Shown: positions 1 through 10,555, numbered from the whole stretch's first letter. The stretch is 63,994 nt of DNA, filler included, from Acidimicrobiia bacterium (GCA_046759765.1; 4 parts of 4 records of this genome joined end to end with filler, not necessarily neighbours in it); one strand, 5' to 3'. The notes: generated from the letters alone by a model not told the origin. Program-made: numbers and translations.

Positions 1-825
1 ATCATCGACGGGCTGGACGTGATGAAGCACCCCCACGAAGTCAGAAGCCGGGTGGGGTACGCGGCACAGTCCATCGGCGTCGACGACGACCTGACCGGAA
101 CCGAGAACCTGGTACTTCAGGCCCGGCTCCATGGCCTCGACAAGCGTAAGGCGCACAGAAAGGCCGCCGAGCTGATCGAGATTGCCGACCTGACCGACGC
201 CGCCGGTCGCCGCGCCGGGACGTTCTCCGGAGGTATGAGACGGCGCCTCGACCTGGCACAGGCCCTGGTTCACGAGCCGCCGCTGCTGTTTCTGGACGAG
301 CCGACCACCGGCCTCGATCCGCAGAATCGGCGAGCGATGTGGAGCTACCTCAAAGCGCTGAACTCCAGCGGCGTGACCATCTTCCTGACCACCCAGTATC
401 TCGAGGAGGCCGACGAGCTCGCCGACCGCCTGGCCATCATCGACCATGGACGGATCGTCGCCGAAGGCTCGCCCGCGCAGATGAAAGACGCCCTCGGAGG
501 TGACGTCATCGAGGTGACCCTTCCCGATGACATTCCCGCCACGGTTCTCACCGAGGCCAAGCAGCTGCTGATGCTGCTCCCGGGCGCCGGCGAGACCCAG
601 GCTCACGACCACGCCGTGTCCGTGTTCGTGCCGGACGGGGGATCTGCGCTGGCCGACCTGGTCCGACGCCTGGACGCGGCCAGAGTCCCCGTAGCCCGTC
701 TGGAACTCCATGAGCCAACGCTCGACGACGTCTTCCTACATCACACCGGTGAGCACATGAGGGTCGAAGAGGTCAAGCCACCCTCTCGTATTCGACTGGG
801 TCGACGGAGCCGAAGGAATCGCTGA
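1..825 (+). CDS. ABC transporter ATP-binding protein, DrrA-like (5' truncated by the window)
   Basis: FSGGMRRR signature, LLFLDEPTTGLD Walker B, C-terminal PTLDDVFL; frame is open from base 1. Confidence 0.9.
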   Translation: MIDGLDVMKHPHEVRSRVGYAAQSIGVDDDLTGTENLVLQARLHGLDKRKAHRKAAELIEIADLTDAAGRRAGTFSGGMRRRLDLAQALVHEPPLLFLDEPTTGLDPQNRRAMWSYLKALNSSGVTIFLTTQYLEEADELADRLAIIDHGRIVAEGSPAQMKDALGGDVIEVTLPDDIPATVLTEAKQLLMLLPGAGETQAHDHAVSVFVPDGGSALADLVRRLDAARVPVARLELHEPTLDDVFLHHTGEHMRVEEVKPPSRIRLGRRSRRNR

Positions 826-1592
826 TGGTTCATATGACAGAAAGCAGTGTCCTCTGGGGACGCAACCTGAAAAAGCTCGTCCGCGTACCGATGCTCGTCT
901 TCTTCAGTCTCTTCCAGCCACTCCTGTTCCTACTCCTCTTCAGCCAGGTGTTCTCCTCGATGGCAAACCTCCCTGGTTTTCCGTACGAGAGCTACCTGCA
1001 ATTCCTGGTACCCACGATCATCGCCCTCACGTCGCTGAACTCGGCCTTCCAGTCCGGGATGGGAATGGTTACCGACATCGAGGACGGCATGCTGGACAAG
1101 TTCCTGATCGCTCCGATTCACCGGTCGAGCATCCTGTTAGGCAAGGTGGCCGCGGACGCGACGAGGATGGCCATCCAGGCTCTGCTGATCGTCGTTATCG
1201 CCTATGTGATGGGGGCGCGGTACGCGACGGGCCCGCAGGGGGTGGCGGTGATGATCCTGCTGGCGGTGGCGTTTGGCATTGCCTGGGCCGGAATCTCGAA
1301 CGTGATCGCACTCCGCACCGGAAACGCCGAGCTGACGATGGTGCTCGGAATTCTGATCACGTTTCCCTTGCTGTTCCTCTCCACGGGTTTCATGCCACTG
1401 GCGCTTCTTCCTTCTTGGCTCGAAACGGTCGCCCGCTTCAACCCGATTACTTACGTGATCGACGCGCTCCGAGCGTTGGTGAACGACGGCTGGATCTGGA
1501 TAGAGGTAGTCGAGGCGCTAGCCGTCACCTTGGGACTGGCCGTGGTCACACTTACCGCGGCCACGCGCTCCTTCCGTAAAGTCATCGGCTGA
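825..1592 (+). CDS. ABC-2 type transporter permease
   Basis: Six hydrophobic segments, NPITY motif; start overlaps the ATPase stop. Confidence 0.9.
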   Translation: MVHMTESSVLWGRNLKKLVRVPMLVFFSLFQPLLFLLLFSQVFSSMANLPGFPYESYLQFLVPTIIALTSLNSAFQSGMGMVTDIEDGMLDKFLIAPIHRSSILLGKVAADATRMAIQALLIVVIAYVMGARYATGPQGVAVMILLAVAFGIAWAGISNVIALRTGNAELTMVLGILITFPLLFLSTGFMPLALLPSWLETVARFNPITYVIDALRALVNDGWIWIEVVEALAVTLGLAVVTLTAATRSFRKVIG

Positions 1593-2805
1593 TCCAGCCC
1601 GCCAGGGCCTCCGACCACAGTCCGAGCGCTCCCTGCATCTCGGATCCTTCTCGCACGAACCTGTCTGAGGAAACGACCGCCACCAAGCCTTCGAGTTTGC
1701 CGACTAGATCGAGAATCACCTCGTCCGCCAGGACGTTGCGCTCCGTGAACCGGATGTCAACGGGGCCCGGCTCAGAGTCGGCATCGCCGCCGTCGGTGGA
1801 GTCATAGACAACGATTACTTTCATCTGGCTCTTCGCTTGCTTCTTGAGCTCAGCCAGTGCGAGGTTGAGCCTGGCGCGCATCCCGCCGGTGTGAAACTCG
1901 GAGGAATCGAGCTGATAGGTGACGTTGTAGCCGTCGACGACGACAGTCGTTGGGGTGGAAAGTGCCAATAGCCAGTCCACGATTGCCGGATCGTCCGGCC
2001 TCACGCCCTTGGGCGGTGACTCCTTTGCAGGCAAGCCTGCCGTTGGTAAGGCAATCTCACCGGGACCGGCGACCGAGGCCTCGGTGAGTTGGTCCAAGTG
2101 TCGGGCGAGATCGATCGGGTCAGAGAAGCTCCAGGCGCTCTCGCGAGAGGAGGAGGGATCCTCTGGACCTGACCTCCTTGCCCGCAGAAGCGCAGCTCTG
2201 AGGAAACGGCTCCGATCCTGTGCTTTCGCCACGGCTTCCCTCAGCTCATCCATCTCGTCCGACATCCGCTCGAGCTTGCCGGCCAGCTCGGCCTCCTTGT
2301 CGATGTCTTCCCGCCGCGCCCGGGCCGAGTCCGCCTTGGTGGCCTTCCTCCGTTTCGCCGCGGACTGCTCCGCTTGACGGGCCCTCTTCTCGGCCGCCTT
2401 CGCTCGACTTCGAGCCAACTCCAGCTCCCCGCGGAGGCTTTCAGTCTCTGCCTGCAGCTGCTCCAGCTCCCTGAGTTGGTGATCCTGGGACCACGCTTCC
2501 GTGACTGCTTCGAGCTCGCTCTCCCATCCTTCGGGCCGCTCGAGGAAGAGTGCGGCAGCCTTCGCCGGCGCGCCCGCAACGGTTGGCTTCTTCTCGCCCC
2601 ATGCCTCTGTCACCTTCTCGCGCAACCAGGTGTTGGCCTCCAGCTCGCGTACCAGGGCCCGCCCGAGAGGCGGAGGGAGACGGTCGCTGGCCGCCACGCG
2701 CCGAACGCCTGCCGGCACCTCGTCAGACTCGAGCCGGCGCAATACTTGATGGGCTACGGCGGTCAGATCGCTCCACAGCTCGAGAGGCACGTTCTCGATT
2801 TCCAT
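1582..2805 (-). CDS. Coiled-coil protein with C-terminal NYN/YacP-like PIN nuclease domain
   Basis: VVVDGYNV...VVYD...ADEVI...VSSDR acidic PIN motifs; start moved to ATG 2805, which follows TACGAT -10 by 7 nt. Confidence 0.8.
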   Translation of the reverse strand: MEIENVPLELWSDLTAVAHQVLRRLESDEVPAGVRRVAASDRLPPPLGRALVRELEANTWLREKVTEAWGEKKPTVAGAPAKAAALFLERPEGWESELEAVTEAWSQDHQLRELEQLQAETESLRGELELARSRAKAAEKRARQAEQSAAKRRKATKADSARARREDIDKEAELAGKLERMSDEMDELREAVAKAQDRSRFLRAALLRARRSGPEDPSSSRESAWSFSDPIDLARHLDQLTEASVAGPGEIALPTAGLPAKESPPKGVRPDDPAIVDWLLALSTPTTVVVDGYNVTYQLDSSEFHTGGMRARLNLALAELKKQAKSQMKVIVVYDSTDGGDADSEPGPVDIRFTERNVLADEVILDLVGKLEGLVAVVSSDRFVREGSEMQGALGLWSEALAGWISR

Positions 2806-2845
2806 GACCGCAATCGTACGGCCGGCTCCAGCTTTTTCCGGACGC

Positions 2846-5800
2846 TCAGTCGAACTCGAGCCGAGGCGGTTGGCGAGACGGGATCGGCTGAAACTCCGGA
2901 ACCTTCGGGCGGGCTCGTCGAATCTCCTTGAGTGCCTCCGCAATTGCCTTATCCAGCTGAGGGTCGGCGTCGGCGGCATGGTCCTGAGGCCGAATCTCGA
3001 CCTCGATGTCAGGGTCGGTTCCGTAGTTCTCAACGCCCCATCCCACGTCCTTGAACCAGAACGCGAACTCAGGCTGGGTGGTGATCGTCCCGTCGACCAG
3101 GGCATGCCGCGGGAAGATACCTACTACGCCTCCCCAGGTTCGCTTGCCGATGAGGGGGCCGAGATCCATCAGCTTGAAGGCATGGCTGAAGATGTCGCCA
3201 TCCGAGCCGGAGTACTCGTCCGTGAGACACACCATCGGACCGGTCGGAGCCTCCACCGGCCAAGGCTGGGGTTCACTCCATCGGGAGACGTCATATCCCA
3301 CCCTGCGCCGGGCAAGTCGTTCGAGCAGCAGCTGCGAGACGTTGCCCCCCGAGTTCTGACGTACATCGATGATCAGCCCGGGCCGGTCCACCTCTGCTCG
3401 AAAGTAGCGGTGAAACTCGGCGAACCCCCGTGGTCCCATGTCGGGTATGTGCACATAGCCGACCTCGCCATCCGTGCGCTCATGGGTGGTTCGCCGGTTT
3501 TTCTCGACCCAATCCCGATAGCGGAGCGGCAACTCGGAACGAAGAGCCTGGGTGAGAAGTGTGCGCCGCCGTGCGCCCGGAGTTCTGACGGCCAGCGTGA
3601 CAGCCGAGTCGGCCTTGTGTACGAAGAGCCGATCCGGTGATCTTCGCTTGGACGTTTCCACCCCGTCGACTGCGACGATGAGGTCCCCTTCGGAGACGTT
3701 CGCTCCCGGCCTGGTCAGCGGCGAAGACGCCGTAATGTCCCACGGGTCGCCGGTGGGGACGCGGTCGACTCTCCAGCTCCGGGCCCCGTCGTCCCACACG
3801 AGATCAGCACCCAGGAAGCCCTGGAACCACTTCGGCTCGGGCCGGTAGTCGCCCCCCAACTCGTAGGCGTGGGACGTGCCCAGCTCGCCCTGCATCTCCC
3901 ACATGAGGTCGGAGAACTCAGCCCTGCTCCCGACTCGATCTACTAACGGCAAGTACCTGTCGTAGACGCCTTCCCAGTCAACGTCCGACATCGTCTCGGT
4001 CCAGAACTGGTCGCGTTGGAGTCGCCACGCCTCCGAAAACATCTGCTGCCACTCGCTTCCCGGGACGACCTCGACCTTCAGGCGCCCTAGGTCGACGTAG
4101 CCAGATTCGCGACCTGGTTCCTCCGTCTTCTTCTCCTCTGATTCCTTGAAGCTCGCAGGAACGACTCTCAGCTTCTTGCCGGCTCGGATAGCCATGACTT
4201 TGCCGTCGGATGAAACCTCAAAGCTCGAGATGCCTTCTGCTACGCGCTCCGTCTTCTCGGACGCGAACTCATACGCTTCCAAGACTCCCTTGGGCTTCGA
4301 CTTGTCGGCCGGAGGCTGCAGGCTCCCGGCGACCGGCACCGAATGCAGCAGTACCCGCCCCTCTGCGCCCCGTACGGCCCGGTAGCGTGCCTCAGGCACC
4401 GGAAACTCCACGATCCGGCTCTCTATCCCGTCAAGATCGATATCCGTTTCCGGAGGCTCGGAGTTGTCGGCCTTGTTCGCTTCCGGCTCCTCGGGCGACC
4501 CGGGAGGTCTCGGCTCCCTGGTAGCGGCCGCGAACGGAGAAGACAGCTCCGCGCGTAGCGTTACCAGGTATGGCCGCGCTCCCCTGGGAAAGCCGCGCTC
4601 GAAGAAGTGACCGTCCACAACCGGATCGAAGACCCTCCAGGACAGGAAGTACAGATAGCGACCCTCCGGGTCGAAGGAAGGCGCTACATCTATGAAGTCC
4701 GGGCGCGTGACCCGCGTTTTCTCCCACGTCTTGGTGTCACATAGATGAACCGCAGAGCTGGTGTGGGACTCGAAAGCCGCATACGCCAGCCACCGGCCGT
4801 CAGGGGACCAGGCATGGCCGGCGATCGGCTCCCAGGGGCTGTGATGGACCACCTGGGACTCTCCCGAGCTCACATCCACCACGATCAGTTCATGACGCTG
4901 ATTGCTCAGCGCCACCATGGAACCAGCGGGCGCGGCTGCGAGCGTTGCCGCCCGGCCCAGGTCGCCCGTGATCAGGCGAGCGCGCCCGGAGCCGTCGGCG
5001 TTGGCGACCACCAGTGACTCCTCGCCGGTCTCGTCCGAGATCGCGATCAGTCGCTTGCCATCCGGAAGCCAGGTAGCCAGGCGGCGCCGCGCTTCCGAAG
5101 GGACGCCGTGGCGCAGCGGTGCACCTTCCCACAGGGGCATCGTGAACGCTCCGCCTCGAGCCACGAGCGCTACCGAGTGACCGTTGGGGTGAAGGCTGTA
5201 GGACTCGAGGTGGTCGGAGGCGCTCACGAACCGGCGGTTACGCTGGCTCCGGGAACCTGAGGTCTGGATCGAGACCGGCCGAGCATCCGCAGCTTCCGCG
5301 TCGTAGATCCAGAGATCGGCGCCGGCGTGATAGACGATGCGGCGCCCGTCCGTAGCGGGAAACCGCGCGTAGAAATCTTCGTGGTTCGTGTGACGCTGCA
5401 GCGAGCGACCCCCGGGAGTGGTGGAGTAGAGGTTGCCGGTTCCCTCATGATCAGAGAGGAAGTAGATGCGGCGGCCCAGCCACATCGGAGCAGCCAAGTT
5501 TCCGTCGAGCGCAATGAGCTTGGAAAACTCACCGTCGCCATGCCTGTCGACCCAGATCGTGCCCGCAGTGCCCCCGCGGTAGCGCTTCCACCGAGCAGGG
5601 TCGGCCAGGCCTCTGGCCATCGCCACGCCCGGTCCCTCCCTCTCAAAGGTGATCGCTCGCGCAGGTCCCGCAACGAGCTGGGTGGGAGGACCCCCATCGA
5701 CAGCCACGGCCCAGAGGGTGAAGTCCGCACGAAACGGGCGCTTCCAGTCGGTAGCTACGACGACGCGGCCGTCCGGTGTCCAGCCCGCAACGTAGGTGAA

Positions 5801-6061
5801 TGAGCCCATGTGGGTGATCCTGGACGGTGGACCTCCCTCGGACGCCATGACGTATGCCTCGGGAGGGCCCTCATCCCGCGACGTGAAGGCGAGGAGTCGC
5901 CCATCGGGCGAGAACGACGGGAAGGTGATCATGCCCGGATTCGATGTGAGCCTGCGGGCGAATCCACCCTGGACATCGACGGTCCAGAGGTCATCTTCAG
6001 AGACGAAGACGATCTCGGATCCGAAAATGGTCGGGTGCCGGTAGTAGCCGTCCGAACTCAT
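2846..6061 (-). CDS. Tricorn protease (S41 family)
   Basis: Beta-propeller N-terminus (RHP..G..IVF..EDDLW), SHAY His, PDZ, DVRQNSGG, catalytic GSDGD, GKRTWGG. Confidence 0.92.
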   Translation of the reverse strand: MSSDGYYRHPTIFGSEIVFVSEDDLWTVDVQGGFARRLTSNPGMITFPSFSPDGRLLAFTSRDEGPPEAYVMASEGGPPSRITHMGSFTYVAGWTPDGRVVVATDWKRPFRADFTLWAVAVDGGPPTQLVAGPARAITFEREGPGVAMARGLADPARWKRYRGGTAGTIWVDRHGDGEFSKLIALDGNLAAPMWLGRRIYFLSDHEGTGNLYSTTPGGRSLQRHTNHEDFYARFPATDGRRIVYHAGADLWIYDAEAADARPVSIQTSGSRSQRNRRFVSASDHLESYSLHPNGHSVALVARGGAFTMPLWEGAPLRHGVPSEARRRLATWLPDGKRLIAISDETGEESLVVANADGSGRARLITGDLGRAATLAAAPAGSMVALSNQRHELIVVDVSSGESQVVHHSPWEPIAGHAWSPDGRWLAYAAFESHTSSAVHLCDTKTWEKTRVTRPDFIDVAPSFDPEGRYLYFLSWRVFDPVVDGHFFERGFPRGARPYLVTLRAELSSPFAAATREPRPPGSPEEPEANKADNSEPPETDIDLDGIESRIVEFPVPEARYRAVRGAEGRVLLHSVPVAGSLQPPADKSKPKGVLEAYEFASEKTERVAEGISSFEVSSDGKVMAIRAGKKLRVVPASFKESEEKKTEEPGRESGYVDLGRLKVEVVPGSEWQQMFSEAWRLQRDQFWTETMSDVDWEGVYDRYLPLVDRVGSRAEFSDLMWEMQGELGTSHAYELGGDYRPEPKWFQGFLGADLVWDDGARSWRVDRVPTGDPWDITASSPLTRPGANVSEGDLIVAVDGVETSKRRSPDRLFVHKADSAVTLAVRTPGARRRTLLTQALRSELPLRYRDWVEKNRRTTHERTDGEVGYVHIPDMGPRGFAEFHRYFRAEVDRPGLIIDVRQNSGGNVSQLLLERLARRRVGYDVSRWSEPQPWPVEAPTGPMVCLTDEYSGSDGDIFSHAFKLMDLGPLIGKRTWGGVVGIFPRHALVDGTITTQPEFAFWFKDVGWGVENYGTDPDIEVEIRPQDHAADADPQLDKAIAEALKEIRRARPKVPEFQPIPSRQPPRLEFD

Positions 6062-6109
6062 GGGTCCCGGAATGCTACGTGTCCCCGGTAGCCAGCTGCT
6101 CGTTACCGC

Positions 6110-7024
6110 TCAGGCGTCAATGAACCCGTTGGTGACGAGCCAGTCCCGCGCTACCGCGGAGGGATCGTCGAGATCGATGTTGACCCGCCTATTCATCTGG
6201 GAGAGCTCTGATGTCGTTATCTTGGCCGTCACCCGGTCGATCAGATCGGTCAGCGCACTTCCGTACTCGTCGACCAGATCCAGCCTTACCACCGGGACGA
6301 TGTTGTCGGCTCCTTGTAGATGACGATCGTCTTCGAGGACGACAAAGCCGTTAGCGGCTATAGCGCCGTCGGAGGAGAACAGCAGAGCGACGTCGATCTC
6401 GCCGGTAGCCAGGGCGGTCACTGTGATCGGCCCTCCTACGTCGAGCGGCCTGAACTCGGCGAACTCGATGCCGTACACGTCGCGGAGCCCGATCTCGCAG
6501 AACTCGCGCGTCGGACACTCTGGTGGGCCTCCGAAGACAAGCTGTCCTGCGTGAGGCACAAGGTCGCTCACCTTGGCCAATCCGAGCTGATCCGCGGTCG
6601 CCTTGGTGACGACGATGGCATTGGCGTCGATTGCCGGCGCGTAGTCGAGGACCATCACTCCTCGATCGGCGAACCTCTCGGTGAGCTCGGCGTGCGCCGC
6701 GTCGACATCTCGGATGTCGGATCGGGGCGCGTCGGGGCGAGCAAGAAACGACAGCACAGTGGCCACGTACTCGGCATAAAGCCCGATCTCGGCGGCTTCA
6801 ATGGCCGGCTCGACGACCTCTCGGCTACCGAGTTGGAACTTCTTCTCCACTGGATAGCCCTCGGCTTCCAACACCTGGGCATAGATCTCGCCCAGGATCT
6901 CCTGCTCGGGAAAGTTTGTGGAGCCGACGATGATGGTCGTGCCTTCACCCGACCCGCAGGCTGCAGCCAGTAAGGCCACCGCCAGAAGGGCCGCCCCGAA
7001 GACACGGGTGCGGTACTTCCGCAT
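6110..7024 (-). CDS. Osmoprotectant (glycine betaine/choline) ABC substrate-binding lipoprotein
   Basis: Lipobox LAAAC, GSTNFPEQEILGEIY, LEDD motif. Confidence 0.9.
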   Translation of the reverse strand: MRKYRTRVFGAALLAVALLAAACGSGEGTTIIVGSTNFPEQEILGEIYAQVLEAEGYPVEKKFQLGSREVVEPAIEAAEIGLYAEYVATVLSFLARPDAPRSDIRDVDAAHAELTERFADRGVMVLDYAPAIDANAIVVTKATADQLGLAKVSDLVPHAGQLVFGGPPECPTREFCEIGLRDVYGIEFAEFRPLDVGGPITVTALATGEIDVALLFSSDGAIAANGFVVLEDDRHLQGADNIVPVVRLDLVDEYGSALTDLIDRVTAKITTSELSQMNRRVNIDLDDPSAVARDWLVTNGFIDA

Positions 7025-7111
7025 GGGTATCCCCTTCCTTAGGAGACTGCATTGGGAAAGCGCCCACCGGGCACTGCTCCTTGAACGATAGGTGAAGGCG
7101 CGGAATTCCCT

Positions 7112-7822
7112 CTAGCCGGGCTTGCTCCGCGTAAGAGCGTCCAGATACGGACCGCGGGCCAGCCCAGGCGACGCGGTCACCCGCTGGAGGAGGCTGAACC
7201 CAGCTTCGAAGGAGAGTGCCAGAGCGGCGACGAGTATCGCGCCGCCCAGAACCTCCGGAATGTTCAAGGTCGCCAGTCCGTCGATGATGTACCGGCCGAG
7301 CCCGCCACCGGCTGCCAGGGCGGCCAGCGGGGCGGTGGCGATGACGTGCACCGACGCTATCCGCAGTCCGGTCAAAATCAGGGCCACGGCGATAGGCAGC
7401 TCGGTCCGGGTCAGGATCTGGCGAGGTTTTAGGCCCATTCCGCGGGCTGCCTCCCTGATCTCCGGGTCGACCTCGCGCACCCCTGTGTAGGCGTTGACCA
7501 GGATCGGAGGTATCGCCAGCAGGAACAGCGCCGCAAAAGCGGGCCAGTAGCTAAGTCCGAGTCCCCAACGGATGGCCAACGGAAGCGCCAGCACGAGAAC
7601 CGCGAACGACGGCAGCGCTCTTCCGACGTTGGCTACCGAAATGGTGAGAAAGGCGCCGCGTCTCGTGTGGCCGAGCACCACGCCGATCGGGATCGCCAGC
7701 AGCGCGGCGAGGGCGACCGGCGGAATCGATAGCGTGAGATGCTCGAAGACTCGATTGGGAATCCCGTCCGTGCCCTGCCATTGGGCAGGATCCGTGAACC
7801 AGGCCCAGAGCCCGTCGATCAT
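7112..7822 (-). CDS. Osmoprotectant ABC permease
   Basis: EAARGMG loop, GGGLG motif; ATG overlaps the upstream stop. Confidence 0.9.
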   Translation of the reverse strand: MIDGLWAWFTDPAQWQGTDGIPNRVFEHLTLSIPPVALAALLAIPIGVVLGHTRRGAFLTISVANVGRALPSFAVLVLALPLAIRWGLGLSYWPAFAALFLLAIPPILVNAYTGVREVDPEIREAARGMGLKPRQILTRTELPIAVALILTGLRIASVHVIATAPLAALAAGGGLGRYIIDGLATLNIPEVLGGAILVAALALSFEAGFSLLQRVTASPGLARGPYLDALTRSKPG

Positions 7823-8496
7823 GCGCGCCTCCTCGCCCAAGGAGTCAGGGCGCGCTGGGTGCTCACGAGGGCCAGATCAATCAGGAGCGCGAGCGCGACC
7901 GACAAGACCGCACCCACGATGAGAGGCGTCGTGAAGAACCGATTGAGGCCAGTGAGGATCAGCTGACCGAGGCCTCCTTCTCCGATCAACGCCGTGACGG
8001 TTACCAGGCCCACTGTCGTTACCGCGGCCACGCGAATGCCAGCGACGATCACAGGCAGCGCGAGGGGAACCTCGACTCTCCAGAGCAGGCTCCGTCTGTT
8101 GTACCCCATCCCGGCGGCCGCCTCGCGGACTTCTCCCGGTACTCCGTCGATTCCGGCGACGATGTTGCGCACGAGTATGAGCAGGGTGTAGGAAACGAGC
8201 CCTATCAATGCCGTTGTCTTCGAAAGGCCCGTGATCGGGATCAGGATCACGAACAGGGCCAGCGAAGGGATGGTGTAAAGCACCCCTGTCATCCAGGAGA
8301 TCGGATGGAACGTCCACCGCCAGCGCAAGGCGACAAACGCCAGCGCGGCCGAGAGGACGATCCCGACCCCAAGCGCGTAAGCGGTGAGGACGAGGTGCTC
8401 GACTGTCTGTGCCCAGATGTCGTCGAGGTGATCCCACACCCAGTCCCATCGCACCAGCGGCTGAGTCGTCTGAGCCTGGGCCCCGAGGAGAGTCAT
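7819..8496 (-). CDS. Osmoprotectant ABC permease
   Basis: YTIPSLALF, EAAAGMG, GGLG motifs. Confidence 0.9.
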   Translation of the reverse strand: MTLLGAQAQTTQPLVRWDWVWDHLDDIWAQTVEHLVLTAYALGVGIVLSAALAFVALRWRWTFHPISWMTGVLYTIPSLALFVILIPITGLSKTTALIGLVSYTLLILVRNIVAGIDGVPGEVREAAAGMGYNRRSLLWRVEVPLALPVIVAGIRVAAVTTVGLVTVTALIGEGGLGQLILTGLNRFFTTPLIVGAVLSVALALLIDLALVSTQRALTPWARRRA

Positions 8497-9596
8497 CGCT
8501 CGAGCTCGTCGTGCAGGTGTGTGAGGCTGAGGAGACCCAAGTAGGCGCCCTCATCCGTTATGACCGAGACCTGGGTGCGGTGCGAGACGATGGCGTCGAG
8601 TGCCTCTCTGAGAGTGCCGCGCGGGCTCAGCTCCACCAAGAACGGTCTCGGCTCCGCTTCGCCGACCTTTTCGCGCGCCGCCAGGTCGTCCTCTCCGACC
8701 CATCCGAGCAGTCGGCCGTCCCCCACCACAACCACCCAGTCGGTGCCGCCCGCCGCCATTATCCGGCGAGCCTCGGCCGAAGGTGTCTCGGGCTGTGTCA
8801 CAGGACCGGGCTCGAGCTTTATGTCGGATATGCGGAGCAGTGCCAGTCTCTTCAGGCCTCGCTCGCCACCGAGGAAGTCCTCGACGAATTGATCCGCCGG
8901 CTCCCTCAGGATCTTCTCGGGGCGTGCGAACTGGGTGAGAACACCGCCGATATTGAGCAAAGCGATCCTGTCGCCCAGCTTGAGCGCCTCGTCGATGTCG
9001 TGGGTGACGAAGACAATCGTCTTGGAGAGCTGACCCTGCAGCGCGAGGAGCTCGTCCTGGAGACGCCCGCGCACGATAGGGTCGACCGCGGCGAAGGGTT
9101 CGTCCATAAGCAGCACCGGAGGGTCTGCCGCCAGAGCCCTCGCCACCCCTACTCGCTGCTGTTGTCCGCCGGAGAGATCGGACGGGTATCGGGCCGCGAG
9201 ATCAGCATCGAGCCCCATCAGCGACAGGAGCTCCGCAACTCGCTCCGATATCTGGGGCTTCGACCAGCCAAGCAGACTCGGGACGGTGGAGATGTTTTCG
9301 GCCACGGTTCTATGGGGAAACAGTCCGACTCGTTGGATGACATACCCCATCTGCCGCCTGAGCTCGAACGGCTCGATCTCGGAGACGTCGACGCCGTCGC
9401 ACAAGATCGTTCCCGAGGTTGGGTCGGTGAGTCGGTTGATCATGCGGAGCGTGGTGGTCTTGCCACATCCGGAGGGGCCGACCAGCACCACGGTTTCTCC
9501 GTGTTCAATATCAAGCGAAAGATCCCGGACGGCAGGTTCGTCGGCTCCCGGATAGACCTTCGTCACGCTGATAAGACGGATCAGAGGCTCGGCCAG
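8493..9596 (-). CDS. Osmoprotectant ABC ATP-binding protein with CBS domains
   Basis: GPSGCGKT, LSGGQQQR, LLMDEP; likely CTG start at 9596 after GAGGAG RBS (ORF track starts at 9566). Confidence 0.9.
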   Translation of the reverse strand: MAEPLIRLISVTKVYPGADEPAVRDLSLDIEHGETVVLVGPSGCGKTTTLRMINRLTDPTSGTILCDGVDVSEIEPFELRRQMGYVIQRVGLFPHRTVAENISTVPSLLGWSKPQISERVAELLSLMGLDADLAARYPSDLSGGQQQRVGVARALAADPPVLLMDEPFAAVDPIVRGRLQDELLALQGQLSKTIVFVTHDIDEALKLGDRIALLNIGGVLTQFARPEKILREPADQFVEDFLGGERGLKRLALLRISDIKLEPGPVTQPETPSAEARRIMAAGGTDWVVVVGDGRLLGWVGEDDLAAREKVGEAEPRPFLVELSPRGTLREALDAIVSHRTQVSVITDEGAYLGLLSLTHLHDELER

Positions 9597-9655
9597 GGAT
9601 ACTCCTCGTCCATTCGAAAGAGCCTAAAGCCGCGGCTCTCCAACCACGAGAGGCT

Positions 9656-10555
9656 TCAGAATGTCACGTCGCCGACCAGCATCCCGTCTTCATCCGTCAC
9701 CGGGATGCGTTCGAAGGGATGATCGCGGGCCCTCAACTCCTCGAGCGAGTCTTCCTGAGCCGCCGAGGCGCCTTCTTCCATCACGCTTGATACCAAGGCT
9801 TCCGGATCGGATTCCGCCAGGGATTCGCGTCGAACCACGCCGATCAGACGGCCGCCGTCGACCACCGCCACCACCGGGGCATCGGTAACCCGGGAAGCCT
9901 CGGCGACACTCATGTGTCCGCTCACATAGGAAGGGTCCACCATTCTTCGGAAGACTCTCATCGGCGCAGCCTGGACGATCACGGCGCCCGACGGCGCTTG
10001 GGAGCGTAAACGGACTCCGGTCCCGAAGAACAGCCTTTGCAGCAACCGTCCGCCTGCCGCGCCGAACACCAGCAGAGACCGCTCTCCGACGCTGTGGATC
10101 AGGTCGGAGACCTCCGAGATCTTTACCAGACGACCGCCGGCTCCTATCTGCCGGGATATGTCGGTCAGGGCACGGCCTCCGGCCATGCGCTCTTGGTCGT
10201 TGCTGTGCGCGGTCACCAGCTCCACCGGCACGTCAAGGCGGCTCGCCAGCCGAACCGCCACTTGGCCGGCGAACAGGGAATTCGGACCCGTGCCTACGAG
10301 AGCCGCGACTTTCTCTGGGGTCTCCGGGTCGAAATGATGGGGCACGGCCTGATTCGTGAGATCAAAGTTGGACAGCTTTCGACTGACGAGGACATCGGCG
10401 CGCGCCTGTATGCAGGCCCCGTGTATGTCGTCCACCACACGCACTGGAGTGTCCGTTGCGAGCAGCGAGGCAAGCTCCAAGCACCCTTCTCCTCTTGTAA
10501 AGGCAACGCGGATGATGGCCTCGGGAGTCGGCAGCCTCTCGGCACTAGTGACCAC
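9656..10555 (-). CDS. CBS-domain protein with USP-like N-terminal region
   Basis: GTGPNS motif, LLVFGA...GTG USP-like pattern, two C-terminal CBS-like repeats (PVVAVVDGGRLIGVV; IPVTDEDGMLVG). Confidence 0.6.
   Translation of the reverse strand: MVTSAERLPTPEAIIRVAFTRGEGCLELASLLATDTPVRVVDDIHGACIQARADVLVSRKLSNFDLTNQAVPHHFDPETPEKVAALVGTGPNSLFAGQVAVRLASRLDVPVELVTAHSNDQERMAGGRALTDISRQIGAGGRLVKISEVSDLIHSVGERSLLVFGAAGGRLLQRLFFGTGVRLRSQAPSGAVIVQAAPMRVFRRMVDPSYVSGHMSVAEASRVTDAPVVAVVDGGRLIGVVRRESLAESDPEALVSSVMEEGASAAQEDSLEELRARDHPFERIPVTDEDGMLVGDVTF

Noticed and set aside
8409..9722. Long antisense or alternative-frame ORFs (e.g. 8409-9722, 26480-27700, 37051-38241, 63041-63961)
   Set aside because: Shadow ORFs expected in high-GC DNA opposite well-supported genes; no motifs.
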